Shown here piece by piece: positions 42,600-56,473 of a DNA stretch of 64,000 nucleotides; positions within the stretch are counted from its first letter, which is position 1, and each line of letters opens with the position of its first letter. Origin of the DNA: Octopus vulgaris (taxonomy: Eukaryota); assembly GCA_951406725.2 (NCBI GenBank), contig OX597820.1:27590001-27654000 (forward strand). Reading direction: 5' to 3'. Under the pieces are notes generated by a model. The model did no database searches and was not told where the DNA came from. It saw only the letters and a list, made by a program, of their open reading frames with translations. Made by a program: the position numbers and the translations under genes.

Positions 42600-44754
42600 T
42601 AGTTTTATTTTTATAGCGTGCTTTCACTTCACTACCGAGCGCAGCTCTGTGTGCCTTGGGTATGTGCTGTGATTTGTTGTGATGCTCTGATGGTTATTGT
42701 ATGGAAAGTGTTCTGCGTAGGATGTGTGCAGTGCCTAGTAGTGCAATTTTCTGTATGTTATATGTGTTTGTAAGTCCTGGTGTTTTTGTTATGTATTTGT
42801 CTGAATATTTTTTTATCATGCCTAATGCACCTACTATGATAGGGATTGTTTCTGTTTTTAGATTCCACATTCTGGTTACCTCTATTTCCAGGTCTTTGTA
42901 TTTTGAAAGTTTCTCCATTTCTTTTAGAGACACTTTGTCAACTGCCGGTATTGATACATCAATTAGAAAGCATTTGTTTTTCTTCATGATCTCTGACAAC
43001 TATATCTGGTCTGTTGGCCTTAATTTCTCTATCTGTGTGTATCGGCATATGCTTTCTCGTTTTCTGTGACCTTTTCTGGTGTGTGCCTATACCATCTTTT
43101 TTCTGTTGTTATTCCATAATATTGACATCGCTTCCAGTGTATGTAGGATCCAACTCTGTCATGTCTGTGAATATATTCCTTCTTAACCAGGACTGGGCAG
43201 CCAGAGATAATATGATTTATTGTTTCTTGTCCATCTCCACATATTCTGCAGTTACTTGTTATATTTCTTTTCATTACATTTTTTTGGTAATTTCTGGTGG
43301 AGAGGCTTTGGTCTTGTGCTGCAATTAAAAATCCCTCTGTCTCTGCTTTGAGTCCTGAGCTTCTCAACCATTGCTGGGATTTTTGTTTGTCTATTTCTTT
43401 TGCATTTAATTTAGTCCAGTATTTACCATGAAGGGGCTTTTCTTGCCATCGTTTTATCATGGTTCTTTGCTGTTCTATTTTTAGTTTGGATTTCATTTGT
43501 TTTATAGCTTTTGTTGTTTCTTCATCTTCTTCTTCTTCTTCTGCATATTTGTTAGGTGGTAGGATTTCTTGTTTGTATTTGTCAGCTTCCTTAAATACTG
43601 AGAACAGTTTTTTGTTTTGCTCGTGTTTTGCCGCTATTTGTATCAGTTTTCCTTCCTTCTGAAGTAGATATTTTTGCAGTCCTATGTGGTTATTTTATAG
43701 TAGTTTTCCAGCTGTATAAGGCCTCTACCACCTTCTATACGTTGTATATATAGATATTCTATGTCAGATTTTGGGTGATGCATCCTAGATCCTGTCATTA
43801 TTTTTCTTGTTTTTCTATCTATTTTGATCAGTTCATTTAGTGTCCAGTTAAGGATATTGTAGCTGTAACTTATAACTGGGACAGCTAAAGTGTTAATACC
43901 TATTATCTTGTTTTTAGCATTGAGCTCTGTTTTTAGTATTGATCTAACTCGTCTATAATATTCATTTTTTATTTTCTCTTTCATTTGTGTGTGTTGTGTC
44001 TTATCTAGTTCATGGATTCCTAAGTATTTGTAAGTTTGGCTTTGGTCTAATTCTTTTATTTCATTGGTTTTATCTTGTGTGATGTTGCTACTCTTAACTA
44101 GTTTTCCTCTTTTCAGGGTTACTTTGGCGCATATTTCTAATCCAAATTTCATATCTATTTCTTTGGTAAATCCATGAACTGTCTTTTATAGTGTTTCCAG
44201 CTGTTTGTCATTTGCAGCGTATAGTTTTAGGTCATCCATATATAAAAGGTGGCTGATCGTTTTGCCATAACATTTATATCCGCACCCAGTTCTATTTAGT
44301 ATATCAGATAGAGGTGACAGTGCCAAGCAGAAAAGGAGTAGAGAGAGCGTGTCTGCCTGGAATATTCCTCTTCTAATGGGGATGGCTTTGGTTTTCATGA
44401 GTCCCTCTTTTGTTTGGAGCTGTAGCACTGTTTGCCATTTATTCATAGAGTGTCCTATGAATTTTATAATTGTTGGTGCTACTTTGTTATTGGTCTGTAG
44501 TTTTCTGGTTTTGCTGTCTCATTTGATTTGGGAATTAAGATGGTTTTCCCCTTCGTGAGCCATTCTGGCATTGTCTCTGGCTCTGCTAGTATGTTGTTAA
44601 AGTTTTCAGCCAGCTTTTTGTGCATTCCTGTTAGATATTTCAACCAGAAGTTAGGGATCTTGTCATGCCCAGGTGCCTTCCAGTTGCTTAGTCTCTGCCG
44701 TGCCTGGGTGACCTCTTCAGTTGTTATGGGGGTCCAAAGTTGCTCAGATGCTGA

Positions 44755-44755
<1 letters not shown>
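42597..44755 (-). mobile_element. 5'-truncated R4/Dong-clade non-LTR retrotransposon inserted in (TAA)n
   Basis: WKAPGHD..NYRPIT; RGIFQAD; HLLYMDDLKLYA; YKYLG; EGGRGL; CRIC..ETINHIISGC; RHD; IDVSIP..KYKDL..IIVGALG; frameshifted; (TTA)n on both sides. Confidence 0.92.
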
Positions 44756-44826
<71 letters not shown>

Positions 44827-45343
44827 GAGTGAGAGAGCAGTGCATGCCATCAAAGTGACACTGCGGTAAAATATACAAAGCCCAGTATACCCATCATGAC
44901 TACCCGTCTGATAAAGGTACACCAGGCACATGCATCACAACTATGTGTGCACGACATGGAGATCTCATATCAAGATAAACAGCACATGACCTCGCAGGTG
45001 GGGCCCAGTTAGAATTTTCTTCTGGTCGAGTAACTCATCCCGCTCAAAAGGTCATTGAATAAGAGTTGTTTAAGGATGTTGAAAGAACCACCCATGTTCC
45101 AGAGGTGAATTATTCAAACTCCAAATAATTCCCCTACTACTTCTGCTCGTGATCAGAGATGCACATATTGTCAGCCACTAAAGGACATGTTTAACTGGTT
45201 AAGGTCAAATAACTGACAAGCAAATCTGTAGTATTGAGCAGAATATTTGCTGTAGCCCATGTACAAAACAATGTACATGATAACACTTCCAATCAGTTAA
45301 GATCAGAAGCCACGAGAGCCACTGCCTGGTACTGCGTCAGTGC

Positions 45344-45346
<3 letters not shown>
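44827..45346 (-). mobile_element. About 520-bp non-coding element flanked by (TAA)n
   Basis: Complex sequence sharply bounded by TTA arrays at 44756-44826 and 45347-45440; strand inferred from the neighbouring elements. Confidence 0.55.
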
Positions 45347-45422
<76 letters not shown>

Positions 45423-46181
45423 ATTATTATTATTATTATTGATATTAATATTATTTGGGACACCACGTACATGCTCCTAACACATCTTCTCAGGTCCCAA
45501 GCATTCCAGTACTCTACGCAAGCTGACGATTAAAAATCGATCGAAGAAAAATTAACAGAATGACACGGATACTAACGCACTGAAGACACACATACACCCC
45601 ACAAAGAGAATGTAAAAACAAATAAGAAATGAAAGACACGGGTACGAACACTGTAATAAACAAACCCATATACAAGCACGTACGACATACATGATAAACA
45701 CATGGATACACAGACATACAAACACACAAGAATGCAGATGTAAACGCATGCGCAGGTAGAATTACACACCAGCGAATAACAAATTGTAATAGGCAGAGCT
45801 AAAGGATAACATGAGACAGAGTGTCACCGAAGAGGTCAGAGGATGTGTGATGAAAGATCTTTGATGGAAATATAATCTAAAAAAAATAATTCTAATAAAA
45901 ATAAAGTGAGGGTCGAAAGACAGTACGTGTGTTTAATTAGCTATAGAAGATATTCAAGTATAACAAATTACATGCGAATATATATATATATATATATATC
46001 ATATACGATTCGAATGGTTTTATGAATTTGTGTTAACTTACTTCCTCGATTCCAACATGTGTAAATTTTAAGACATGATTTAGAGTGGTTGGACGAATTT
46101 AACATCTATCTTAAGCATATAGGTACAGAATCCCCTGTGGCCTTAGTTATAATTTATTTTATACAATAATAAATCTCCGCA

Positions 46182-46258
<77 letters not shown>

Positions 46259-46551
46259 TATATATATAGTAGAAATATCTTACGAAATGAAAATATAAAA
46301 TACACGTTGAAATGTAAGTGTAAAATATGTAAAATCAACGAAAATGCATATTGCAAATAGAAAAAGGCTATTTATGATAGGCAACGACAAATATATACAT
46401 TTAGATTGACTGAGGTAGTAATACGAATCATGAAAGTTATTATTATGAGATGATTATAAGATGATATTAAAGTAAGAGAACAAAACGAACCAACGATTTA
46501 CGCGAAGGCTATTCATCGTTTGAACAACACCGGTTAATACACGGTGTCAGG

Positions 46552-46586
<35 letters not shown>

Positions 46587-46589
<3 letters not shown>

Positions 46590-46772
46590 GGGGGGAGAAT
46601 TCACAAAACAACAAAAGACGCAGTCAGGTGGTGTAGACAACAAACAGATGTATTAGTATTACACTCTGGAAGTGAATAAGTCTTTAACGTTTCGAGCCTA
46701 TGGTCCTCCGCAGAAAGGAACACAGAAAGAAACACGGAGAGAAAATAAAGAATGTGTAGTGGCTAGCAATCT
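46587..46772 (-). mobile_element. Short Penelope-pLTR-like element with a decayed hammerhead-like motif (46682-46717)
   Basis: Minus strand: cttt-CTGCGGA-ggaccataggctc-GAAA-cg-TT-aaag; core and stem II are mutated. Confidence 0.45.
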
Positions 46773-46830
46773 ATCTCTCTCACTCACTCTCTCTCTCTCT
46801 ATATATATATATATATGAATATATGTATGT

Positions 46831-46994
46831 AGGAGTGGCTGTGTGGTAAGTAGCTTGCTAAACAACCACATGGTTCCGGGTTCAGTCCCACTGCGTGGCA
46901 TCTTGGGCAAGTGTCTTCTGCTAGAGCCCCGGGCCTTGTGAGTGGATTTGGTAGACGGAAACTGAAAGAAGCCTGTCGTATATATGTATATATT

Positions 46995-47031
<37 letters not shown>

Positions 47032-47250
47032 ATGTGTGTGTTTGTGTGTTTGTGTGTCTGTGTTTGTCCCCCTAGCATTGCTTGACAACCGATGCTGGTG
47101 TGTTTACGCCCCGTTACTTAGCGGTTCGGCAAAAGAGACCGATAGAATAAGTACTGGGCTTACAAAAGAATAAGCGCCGGGGTCGAGTTGCTCGATTAAA
47201 GGCGGTGCTCCAGCATAGCCGCAGTCAAATGACTGAAACAAGTAAATGAA
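46831..47250 (+). mobile_element. SINE family A, near full length
   Basis: Colinear with 1123-1579. Confidence 0.9.
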
Positions 47251-47278
47251 AAAAAATGAAAATGAAAAAATTGAATAT

Positions 47279-47329
<51 letters not shown>

Positions 47330-47780
47330 AAGAGAGAGAGAGAGAGGAAGAGAGAGTGATATTGTACCACTGCCACGTCTACTGAGTAGACATTAGTCAA
47401 TGTCAATCAGTAGACATTGGTCAATCCAGAGATGCAGTACGAAACACTTGCCGAACATAACTCGCACTCTGACGCTGGCATCCCGTGGTACCGCAACATA
47501 TGTTACTGTCACAGAATGTAGATAGTAGACGGGAGTCCATATTATATTCAAACGCAGACTTATGTTGCTTCTACTTCAAAATATATCTATATTTATATCG
47601 AAAACACTAATGGTGTGATGTAGTCAGGCGATACAGTATTCTCAGTTGCAATAAATATTCATGGCTTTTTAGAAATATCTTTTCAATTCAGCCCCTCATG
47701 ATATGACAACCTACATTCCTTGACAATTGAAAAGTAATCTCGGTATTATTCCAAATAACATTGTTGCTTGCAATGTTCTC

Positions 47781-47855
<75 letters not shown>

Positions 47856-47912
47856 GTCTGTCTGTCTGTCTCTATTCTTCTCTCGTTTCTTCCATCTGTA
47901 TGAATACGACAT

Positions 47913-47947
<35 letters not shown>

Positions 47948-48150
47948 TTCGTTATTGCACACAAGGGGCTAAACATAGAGGGGACAAACAAGGACAGACA
48001 AAGGGATTAAGTCGATTACATCGACCCCAGTGCGAAACTGGTATTTTATTTATCGACCCCGAAAGGATGAAAGGCAAAGTTGACCTTGACGGAATTTGAA
48101 CTCAGAACGTAACGACAGACGAAATACCACTAAGCATTTCGCCTGGCGCA
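47948..48150 (-). mobile_element. SINE family C monomer
   Basis: Matches the units at 33520-33700. Confidence 0.85.
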
Positions 48151-48300
48151 TATACAAACACACATGCATGTATGCCTCTATATGTATACATATATAAATA
48201 TTATACTCATCTTTACATTTATCTACTACTAAGCATACATATATGTCTGTATATATATATGTACAAGCATACATTTGTACACTGTGACTCTCTGTGTGTA

Positions 48301-48346
<46 letters not shown>

Positions 48347-48624
48347 CATTCACGTCGCTTAATTCATTGTCGATGTATACTAGTGGTTAAAGTTGTCTCC
48401 GTATATTTCTCAATTACAAATGAAACTACTTATCATTAGATGTGTTTTCTTATCTTTTGAGGGGTGCCATATTTAGCATTACATTTTCAATTTGCCTAAT
48501 GCAATTTTGATCCATATCCATGCAGCAACAACAACAACAAAAAATAAAACTGATCGCCATTTAATGAAAACACTCACATAGTATGTAATATGTTTGTAAC
48601 CAGATGTAATATCTATGTAAAATA

Positions 48625-49206
48625 TTCGTTTCTACTCTAGACACAAGACAAGACATTTTGGAGGAGGGGGCAAGTCGATTAGATCGACCCCAGTACGCTA
48701 CTGGTACTTAATTTATCGACACCTAAAGGATGAAAGGCAGAGTCGACTCGGCGGAATTTGAACTCAGAACGTAAAGACAGACGAAATACCTATTTCTTTA
48801 CTACCCACAAGGGGCTAAACACAGAGAGGACAAACAAGGACAGACAAACGGAATAAGTCGATTATATCGACCCCAGCGCGTAACTGGTACTTAATTTATC
48901 GACCCCGAAAGGATGAAAGGCAAAGTCGACCTCGGCGGAATTTGAACTCAGAACGAAAAGACAGACGAAATACCTATTTCTTAACTACCCACAAGGGGCT
49001 AAAGACAGAGAGGACAAACAAGGACAGCCAAACGGATTAAGTCGATTATATCGACCCCAGTGCGTAACTGGTACTTATTTAATTGACCCCGGAAAGGATG
49101 AAAGGTAAATCGACCTCGGCGGAATTTGAACTCAGAACGTAATGGCAGACGAAATACTGCTAAGCATTTTGCCCAGCGTGCTAATGATTCTGCCACCTCG
49201 CCGCTT
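48625..49206 (-). mobile_element. SINE family C trimer
   Basis: Three units joined at gacgaaatac|ctatttct; full head at 49150-49206. Confidence 0.88.
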
Positions 49207-49511
49207 TATCTATGTTAAATATTGAATACAAATCGTATCTCACTAATTCTTCGTGGTGTAATCGAAATTTCTGAAATTGAATAATTTCCGTCATTGATGA
49301 GTATTATTTGTTCCCTTCTTATGGGCAGAATTAGCTACAAACTGCTAATGTTTCACTGTCGTCCGATGTTTCACGCGTGCATAGAATTGTACTGAAATAA
49401 AAGACGTAAAAATATCACTTCGGACATGCTAGATACAACAAGTAAAGGACATGATATATATGTGTGTGTGTGTGTATATAAGCATGTGTGTGTGTACATA
49501 TATGTCTGTTT

Positions 49512-49708
49512 TTGTGTGTCTATTTGTCCCTCCACCATCGCTTGACAACCGATGCTGATGTGTTTACGTCTCTGTAACTTAGCCGTTCGGCAAAACAGAC
49601 CGATAAAATAAGTACTAGGCTTACAAAGAATAAGTCCTGGGATCGATTTGTTCGACTAAAGGCGGCATGGCCGCAGTCAAGTGGCTGAAACGTATAAGGG
49701 TAAGAGTA
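49512..49708 (+). mobile_element. 3' half of SINE family A
   Basis: atcgcttgacaaccgatgctg..aagtactaggcttacaaagaataagtcc. Confidence 0.8.
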
Positions 49709-50654
49709 TATACATATATACATATATATACGTGCGCGCACACTCACACACAAACACAGACATGCCATTTTACTTAATGGATACTATATTTGTCCTTGCT
49801 TGTTCGTAGAATATCTCTGCCAATTACTCTCTGTATTATCGATGATACACGAGACACGTAGTCAAATTAGAAAGCGTACATAAGTTTTCCATTTAATTTT
49901 TGACTCTTATCCAGATATCTAGCGTTTTGTTTGTCACTGACATTAACTAAGATAATGGCTACATCGTGAGAGAGAAAAAGAGAGACCGAGAGAGAAAGGG
50001 ATATTGAGAGGGAAAGAGAGAAAGAAGGAAAGATTTTTTATGGGTTACAATTTGAATAGATATATAATATAATAATTTGTATATATCACATGCAGTAACA
50101 ATCGTTTCAGATCTTTTATATGTTTGACTGTTTGTATAACAACCAGTGAATCTCTGTCCACGGGAGACAACAGTTTAAAGAAATACAGATGTTTATTTCT
50201 GATAAATTTAAGACAGACTAACTGATTATGAGTGATATGTATTAGGCTAAAGGAATTAATTTTATTTAATATTATCCCACACTGTTCCGAAATATGTAAT
50301 TATATTTGTCCATATATACTTTCATAGTTCTCGAATACACAAATATTTTTCATTGGATATTGAATACGCTTAGTATAAAATGTCCTAACACTAACTTAAC
50401 TATTGCTTTTCATGGCAAAATATTGCGAAATTCTGTCTATTTTGATATATATATACATACATACATACATACATACATACATACATACATACATACATGC
50501 ATACATATACACAAACACACACACACATACACACACATATATATACATATATATATATATATGAATGGGACAAAAACGCAATAGAGGGCATTAAAACGTT
50601 CGGATAGATAGTCGATACAAAGGCGGTCAAGAGAAACAAACAATTAGAAGGACA

Positions 50655-51190
50655 GCCAAAAAAAGGCCGGTCATTCTTGGTTTTCTTTCGTCAGTCAAGT
50701 CCCGGAAGTCACGACCATTTCGGGCAGTTGCACTTCAGATGGTTCGATCTGGGTGCCCCACAAAATGTGTAAGCTAAGAGCATTAGACTTCTTTGTAAGA
50801 AAGCTAACGAATGGCAACAAAGGCAAAAAAAAATTAACAAAAAAAAAACGGAGAACACAGTACACAATTACGAATACAAACAAGAAATAACAACAGGCGT
50901 CTTTCCCAGGAACGTGGGAGATGGACACAAGGGATGTTGACGGTCGGCAGTCAGGCCAAGAAAAAATGATCGTGGCTGACCGGACACCGGTCACGTGGAA
51001 GAAGGAGAGATGGGCAGGGGACGGCGGGATGGAAGGATTAGAAAAAATCAGAAACAAAGAGAAAGGTACAGGGGATATAAGTGAGTGGGAAATAGTGTGA
51101 TATAAAGAAAGACAGGACTAAGAAATGTGAGTAAGAAGGAGCGAGAAAAGGAAGAAAATGTGAGGGGAAATAAAAGATAGGGAAAGTGTC
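50655..51190. mobile_element. Relative of the 2268-3123 element
   Basis: cagtcaag..gaagtc..taagctaagagcattagac..tttgtaagaaagcta..ggacacc(a/g)gtcacgtggaa shared. Confidence 0.65.
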
Positions 51191-51389
51191 TTTCAGAATT
51201 TATATACACACGTCTATTTTAGCCTGGTATACAGAACGTACGTATGTATGTATATATATATATATGCATACGTATGTATGAGGGAGTGTCTTTGAGTTTA
51301 AGAGTATACTCTCATTACTTTGAAAATCACTGATGGTTTTGTATGTTCCAGGTATGTAGGTGTTAGGCAAAAGACAGCAATAATTAAGT

Positions 51390-51725
51390 AAGCGTATGAA
51401 AACAGTTTCAAGTGCTGGAGTCAATTCGTTCGACTCAAACTGGAGTGCGGTGCTCCAGCATGGCCTGTGGCCCATGACTGAAACAACAAAAATAGTAAAA
51501 GAATATTCTGCAATCTATTTTATTCATCCATCAGTTGATCTGCTTTGTGATTTTGTTAATCAGGAGTGGCTGTGTTGTAAGACGTTTGTTTCCCATCTAC
51601 ATGGCTAACGGTTCAGTCCTACTGTGTGGCATCTTGGGCAAGTGGCCTTTACTCTAGCCTCGGGCCAACCAAAGCCTTGTGAGTGGATTTGGTAGACGGA
51701 AACTAACGAATCCCGTCGTATATAT
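51390..51725 (+). mobile_element. SINE family A fragments (a 3' piece, then a 5' half)
   Basis: gcggtgctccagcatggc..tgactgaaaca at 51445-51485; aggagtggctgtgt..ggtagacggaaact at 51562-51720. Confidence 0.75.
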
Positions 51726-51901
51726 ATATCTAAATATATACATATAATTTTTAAAGTATGTAAATAAACATACGAACATATACCAAATACACAGACAAAC
51801 GGAAAACACAAACGGTCATCAAACCCTCCTCAGTTATCGGCCAGATGATCGAGCGCAATTTCGGCCATTATCGATATTTCTTCCACTCTGGAGGCATGTA
51901 T

Positions 51902-51942
<41 letters not shown>

Positions 51943-52227
51943 TGTGTGTGTGTGTGCGTGTGCGTATGTGTGTGTGTGTGTGGGATGCGTTTACAAAAGT
52001 ATCGGAGAAATGTTTTGGTGCAGTTGTTTCATCTCTCTATGTATACTCTGAATCTAAATCATGCAGGTATCAAATTTACCTTCCATCTCATGGAGTTCGA
52101 TAAAACAATGACGCAATTCCTGCCTTATGCCAAAGGTAGAAACCATTTAATTCAGCTATCTGGTCGAATCATTAGAGTGTATAAAACGAGATTTAGGTTC
52201 TTTTAATTTTTTACATTTTTAGGTTTG

Positions 52228-52640
52228 TATTTTTTATTGCCCATAAGGGTCTAAACGTAGAGGGGACAAACAAGGACAGACAAAGGGATTAAGTCGATTA
52301 GATCGACCTCTGTGCGTAACTGGTACTTAATTTATTGACTCCGAAAGGATGAAAGGCAAAGTCGACCTTGGCGGAATATGAATACAGAATGTAACGGCAG
52401 ACGATATTCCTATTTCTTTACTACCCACAAGGGGCTAAACACAGAGGGGACAAACAAGGACAGACAAACGGATTAAGTCGATTACATCGACCAGAGTGCG
52501 TAACTGGTACTTATTTAATCGACCCCGAAAGGATGAAAGGCAAAGTCAACCTCGGCAGAATTTGAACTCAGAACGTAACGGCAAACGAAATACCACTCAG
52601 CATCTCGCCCGGCGTGCTAACGTTTCTGCCAGCTCGTCGT
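52228..52640 (-). mobile_element. SINE family C dimer
   Basis: Two units with the same junction position as the other arrays. Confidence 0.85.
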
Positions 52641-53979
52641 CATTCTTTAGTTTCTGCCAATGTAAACTTGGATTTTGTCTTCTTATGGTCGATAAAAAGA
52701 AGTGTTGGTGGAACTGGTGTCGATCGTACTGACTCTAGTAACCTTTTATCACCTTTCCGGGCAGGGTATCTAAATCAGAAGCCACTATTTAACTTGAAAC
52801 ACAAGTTCAGATCCAGTCCCGGCCAACTTTGTTTTTCGTTTCTCTGGTGTAAAGTACGAATCCAGGTCTGGGGTCGGTGTAATTGAGTAACACCTTCCCA
52901 TGGAAATTATTAGTCATGCGCCCAAATTAGAAGCAACCATTATACTACATTTCAAGTAAATTATCGGTAAATAATAAGTATGAAAAGTTCACAAAGTGTA
53001 AAAGGTTAGTATGTCGTGGGCAGGAGGTGAGAAGAGAGACGGATGGAGAGGAAGGGCCTAGCGTTTCGTGCAAACCCATTATCAGAGATTATTTTTACCC
53101 GAGTTATATTTAACTTTGGCATATTTTTATGCGTACAGACAAGACTTCATATTTTGTTTGATGGAAAAATGATGAAATTTTGTTTCTTTTTTTCTCTCAT
53201 TTATGGTATTTTTAAGAACATTATTTAGTTACATAATTGAAATACAAAAATAATAAAACTAGAATCTAACGCCGCCTGAGGGTGATTAGTTTGTCAGAGT
53301 TTACCATACGAACTCTTTATAACTTGGCAACTCTTAATAAAAATATTGATTTATTTTGGATTTGTTTTTGGAATCAAAGGCAGGTGATATATTTTGACTG
53401 GCTGGGTACTCAAATCTATGTTAAAAATCTCGGCAACTATGGGAAAGATATTTCTTGTTTTCTACAAAATATCAACCTACTTGTAATGCAATACATTCAT
53501 TCATTATTCTGAATGTATCTCACGTCGTTAGTAAAACGTAACAAGTTCAAAGCTTGGCTGATAATGAGCGAATGAGTAACCTGTGAATCATGCTGTGACC
53601 TGATAGAAATAACAGCGAAAACTACCGAGGTTTACACACTGTCGTAAAAAATGATAGATATATATGTTGGACCATAGGTCTGTTACTTCAGGGCTGAACC
53701 ACTATGGAATGGGTTATTCTTTTGAAAGCTTATATATCTTTCTTCACTGGAAGCTATAAATTTGAGATTACTATCATTATTCTATTGCTAAACTGTATTG
53801 ATATTGCAGTTCTATATGTAAGAGATGAGGAATTATGTAAATTATTTACATTTAACGGATATTTGTCCTCATCTTGTTTCTTGTTAACACAACGTTTCGG
53901 TTGAGATGCCCTCCAGCCTTCATCCGGTGTCTTGGGGGAGATTTCGAACCTGGGTTCTCATTCCTAAGGTATTTTTCGA

Positions 53980-54021
<42 letters not shown>

Positions 54022-54047
54022 TACTACTATTACTACTATATACCCAC

Positions 54048-54113
54048 GGGCTTATGGCGTAGTGGTTAAGAGCGCGGGTTACTAACCCCAAGATTCCGAG
54101 TTCGATTCCAGGC
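54048..54113 (+). promoter_or_regulatory. tRNA-derived Pol III internal promoter (A and B boxes)
   Basis: tggcgtagtggttaag A-box/D-arm; ggg ttactaa ccc anticodon-like arm; gagttcgattcc B-box; no complete acceptor stem. Confidence 0.75.
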
Positions 54114-54182
54114 AATAATAATAATAATAACAACATCAAAAAATACCTTAGGAATGAGAACTCAGGTTCGAAATTTTCCCAA

Positions 54183-54228
54183 GACACCTGATGAAGGCTG
54201 GAGGGTATATCAGCCGAAACGTTGTGTT
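54183..54228 (+). ncRNA. Minimal type I hammerhead ribozyme motif
   Basis: gacac-CTGATGA-a-ggctg gagggtatat cagcc-GAAA-cg-TT-gtgtt; palindrome aacgtt; mutated antisense copy at 53886-53931. Confidence 0.78.
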
Positions 54229-54404
54229 AACAACAAACCATATGAGAACTAATATCCGTCACATTTAAATAATGTAAATAAATGTAAATAATGTGTACTG
54301 GTATTGTAACTAGTTTTATAATAGTTTCTCTTGGACGGCATCGTAGTATACGTTGAGTAATAGTCTCTTTATGTAAGTAATTTTCTTCTTTTCATTCCTA
54401 TTCT

Positions 54405-54740
54405 TACTTTGTATCGAGAAATTCACGGATAATTCTTGCTGATCCAAGAAAAGCTGATTTTGTCCGCAGCAGACATCCACAGATTGAGATTTTGCTTTCA
54501 AAGGTTACCTCTCAAATTTCCTCAACATTTCCCAAGATCCAAATGATAATTGGCAGGATTATGACCTTGTCATCTTCTTTCTTCCAGTATTTCAGAATAT
54601 TATACTTCAAGACAGAAGGATATTTTACAATATCTTTTACACTTTCATTGATTCTTTCATAAATTTGGCATGCTGCGTCAGTTAAATGGCATACTTCCTT
54701 CTCGTTATCAAATACTAAAATATTCCATTTAATGATCTAT
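54405..54740 (-). pseudogene. Highly decayed RLE endonuclease remnant (R4-type)
   Basis: DNEKEVCHLTDAAC..KY..KVIILPIIIWILG..KSAFLGSARII. Confidence 0.55.
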
Positions 54741-55914
54741 TCTTCTTTCGGCTTGTATAAGAAATTCTCATAAAACCAACATTCATCGCTTTGGAGGACT
54801 TTCATTTAAGTTTCAACAAAACGGTATTAGCTCTTTTCATTGCTTCAAGACCAAACCTCTTGAGAGAATTCCAGTGAAGCTGCATTTATATAGATTAGAA
54901 GGGGAAACAAAGAGACATTTCTCTTCTCATGTTTGTAATAGCACTGGTCTCTTTGTTGATTATTTGAAACAACACTAGAGATGAATTTTTCAGTAGGAAC
55001 CAGCATGGGATATTGAAGCATCTTCCATTTATGGGCGATTTAAAAGTTTATGAGAAAGGCAAGAATCAGTTGGATTCCTCACAGTACAAACCGAAACGAT
55101 ATTTTGTAGTGGCACTGAGATAATATTCAAAATCGAGAAGCATGTTATATTGCACATGAAGTAGGCAATAAAAATGAAAATATACTTAAGAGTAAAACAA
55201 TGTAAAAGAATCATTTCAGTAGTTTGGAATACTGGAAATGATAAAATCAAAAAGTATAGCAATGAGAAAATATTCCTGAAGAATGATGAAAGTAATGTAA
55301 TTCAAATACATTGTGAGGAAATAAACAAAAAAAATACTTTGAGGGTAGTGTCAGTAATAAAGTATGAAATATGATTTACTGAGTGGAAGAAGTATAAATT
55401 CAAGGAATTCTATAGATTGGAGTCCAAAATGTACGGAAGCAGGCAACCTACCAAACAGCTATGTATTGTTTATACAGGACAAATCCAGAAGGAAGTGGGA
55501 TTGTGAGCGTTGAGCATATATCGGACCGATGTAAAACAAGTAACTTTACTTCTTTCCCAAAGCGATAGATAGTATGTGTATTGCTAAGATATCCAAGAGT
55601 CCGTCCTTCGCGAGCAGAAGAGAATTGGACTTTATTCGTTTAAAGTCGTACGAGGCCAAACCATCAGCTCATCAAAGCTCGTGAAATTCTTACTGCTTGA
55701 ATTGACAAGATATTGTTGCCACAGTTACATTTTAAATAAATGTCCTAATAAAGCGTTACTAGACATAGATTATTGCCTTTATGGACATAGAGGACGCTGG
55801 ACATAGAGGTTTGTCTTTCACACTACACCTCGGCCGACTTTATCACTGAATTGTCAGCAATGGAATGATAATATGTTTCTGAACTTACGCCAATCTGATG
55901 CTGTATCATTAGCC

Positions 55915-56330
55915 GAGATTCTCAGACTGGGCGTGTTGCAGTAGTGTAGGACGAGGTCTCTGAAGGTGTCTGGGATATAATTCACGAGTAAAATTACTTC
56001 AGTCAGCTTGATGGGTGTCCATAGGCATTTGTAATGCTCAACAACTGGGCATTAATCTAACAGGTTAAACTTTTTTTCTTATGAGCTACCTTGCTTAACT
56101 GGATAACAACCGTTAAGCATTTCAGACACAGTATCACATTTGGAATACCTGCTTTCTGAACTGAAGTATCAATGTGCCTGTTTAACAGATATCGAGAAAT
56201 AATACAGGTAAAAACATTTCAACTCAGAGTAGTAAGAATATTCTAACTAAAATGACAGATGTTCTCCAGTTTTTTTTCCTATTTGGAAGCCACCTTCCCA
56301 CTTCATTGTTGGGTTCCTGCACCTCCGCTG
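55915..56330 (-). pseudogene. Decayed RT remnant of an RLE-type (Hero-like) non-LTR element
   Basis: HIDTSVQKAGIP..ITNAYG..HQ motifs with frameshifts. Confidence 0.5.
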
Positions 56331-56473
56331 ATAAGAATACTTATTGGCAGTTTGTAGTAAATAAAAGCTCTTTCGAGCGCGTGTACACACACACAGAAAC
56401 ACACTCACTCACACCCACGCGCGCGCACTCTCACACACACAATCTCTGTGAATAGATAACAGCGTGTGCGCGG

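Larger units (their letters stand above)
53841..54285 (+). mobile_element. tRNA-headed element with a hammerhead-bearing body and an upstream inverted copy of that body
   Basis: Arms at about 53841-53995 and 54115-54285 are reverse complements; the tRNA-like head (54048-54113) lies between them. Confidence 0.85.

Noticed and set aside
45280-45346. Possible HDV-like ribozyme at the end of the TAA-flanked element (minus strand)
   Set aside because: P2- and P3-like pairings are visible, but there is no 7-bp P1, P1.1 or P4.
54048-54113. Functional tRNA gene
   Set aside because: The acceptor stem is incomplete, it runs into (AAT)n, and it sits inside a repeat; I treated it as a SINE head.
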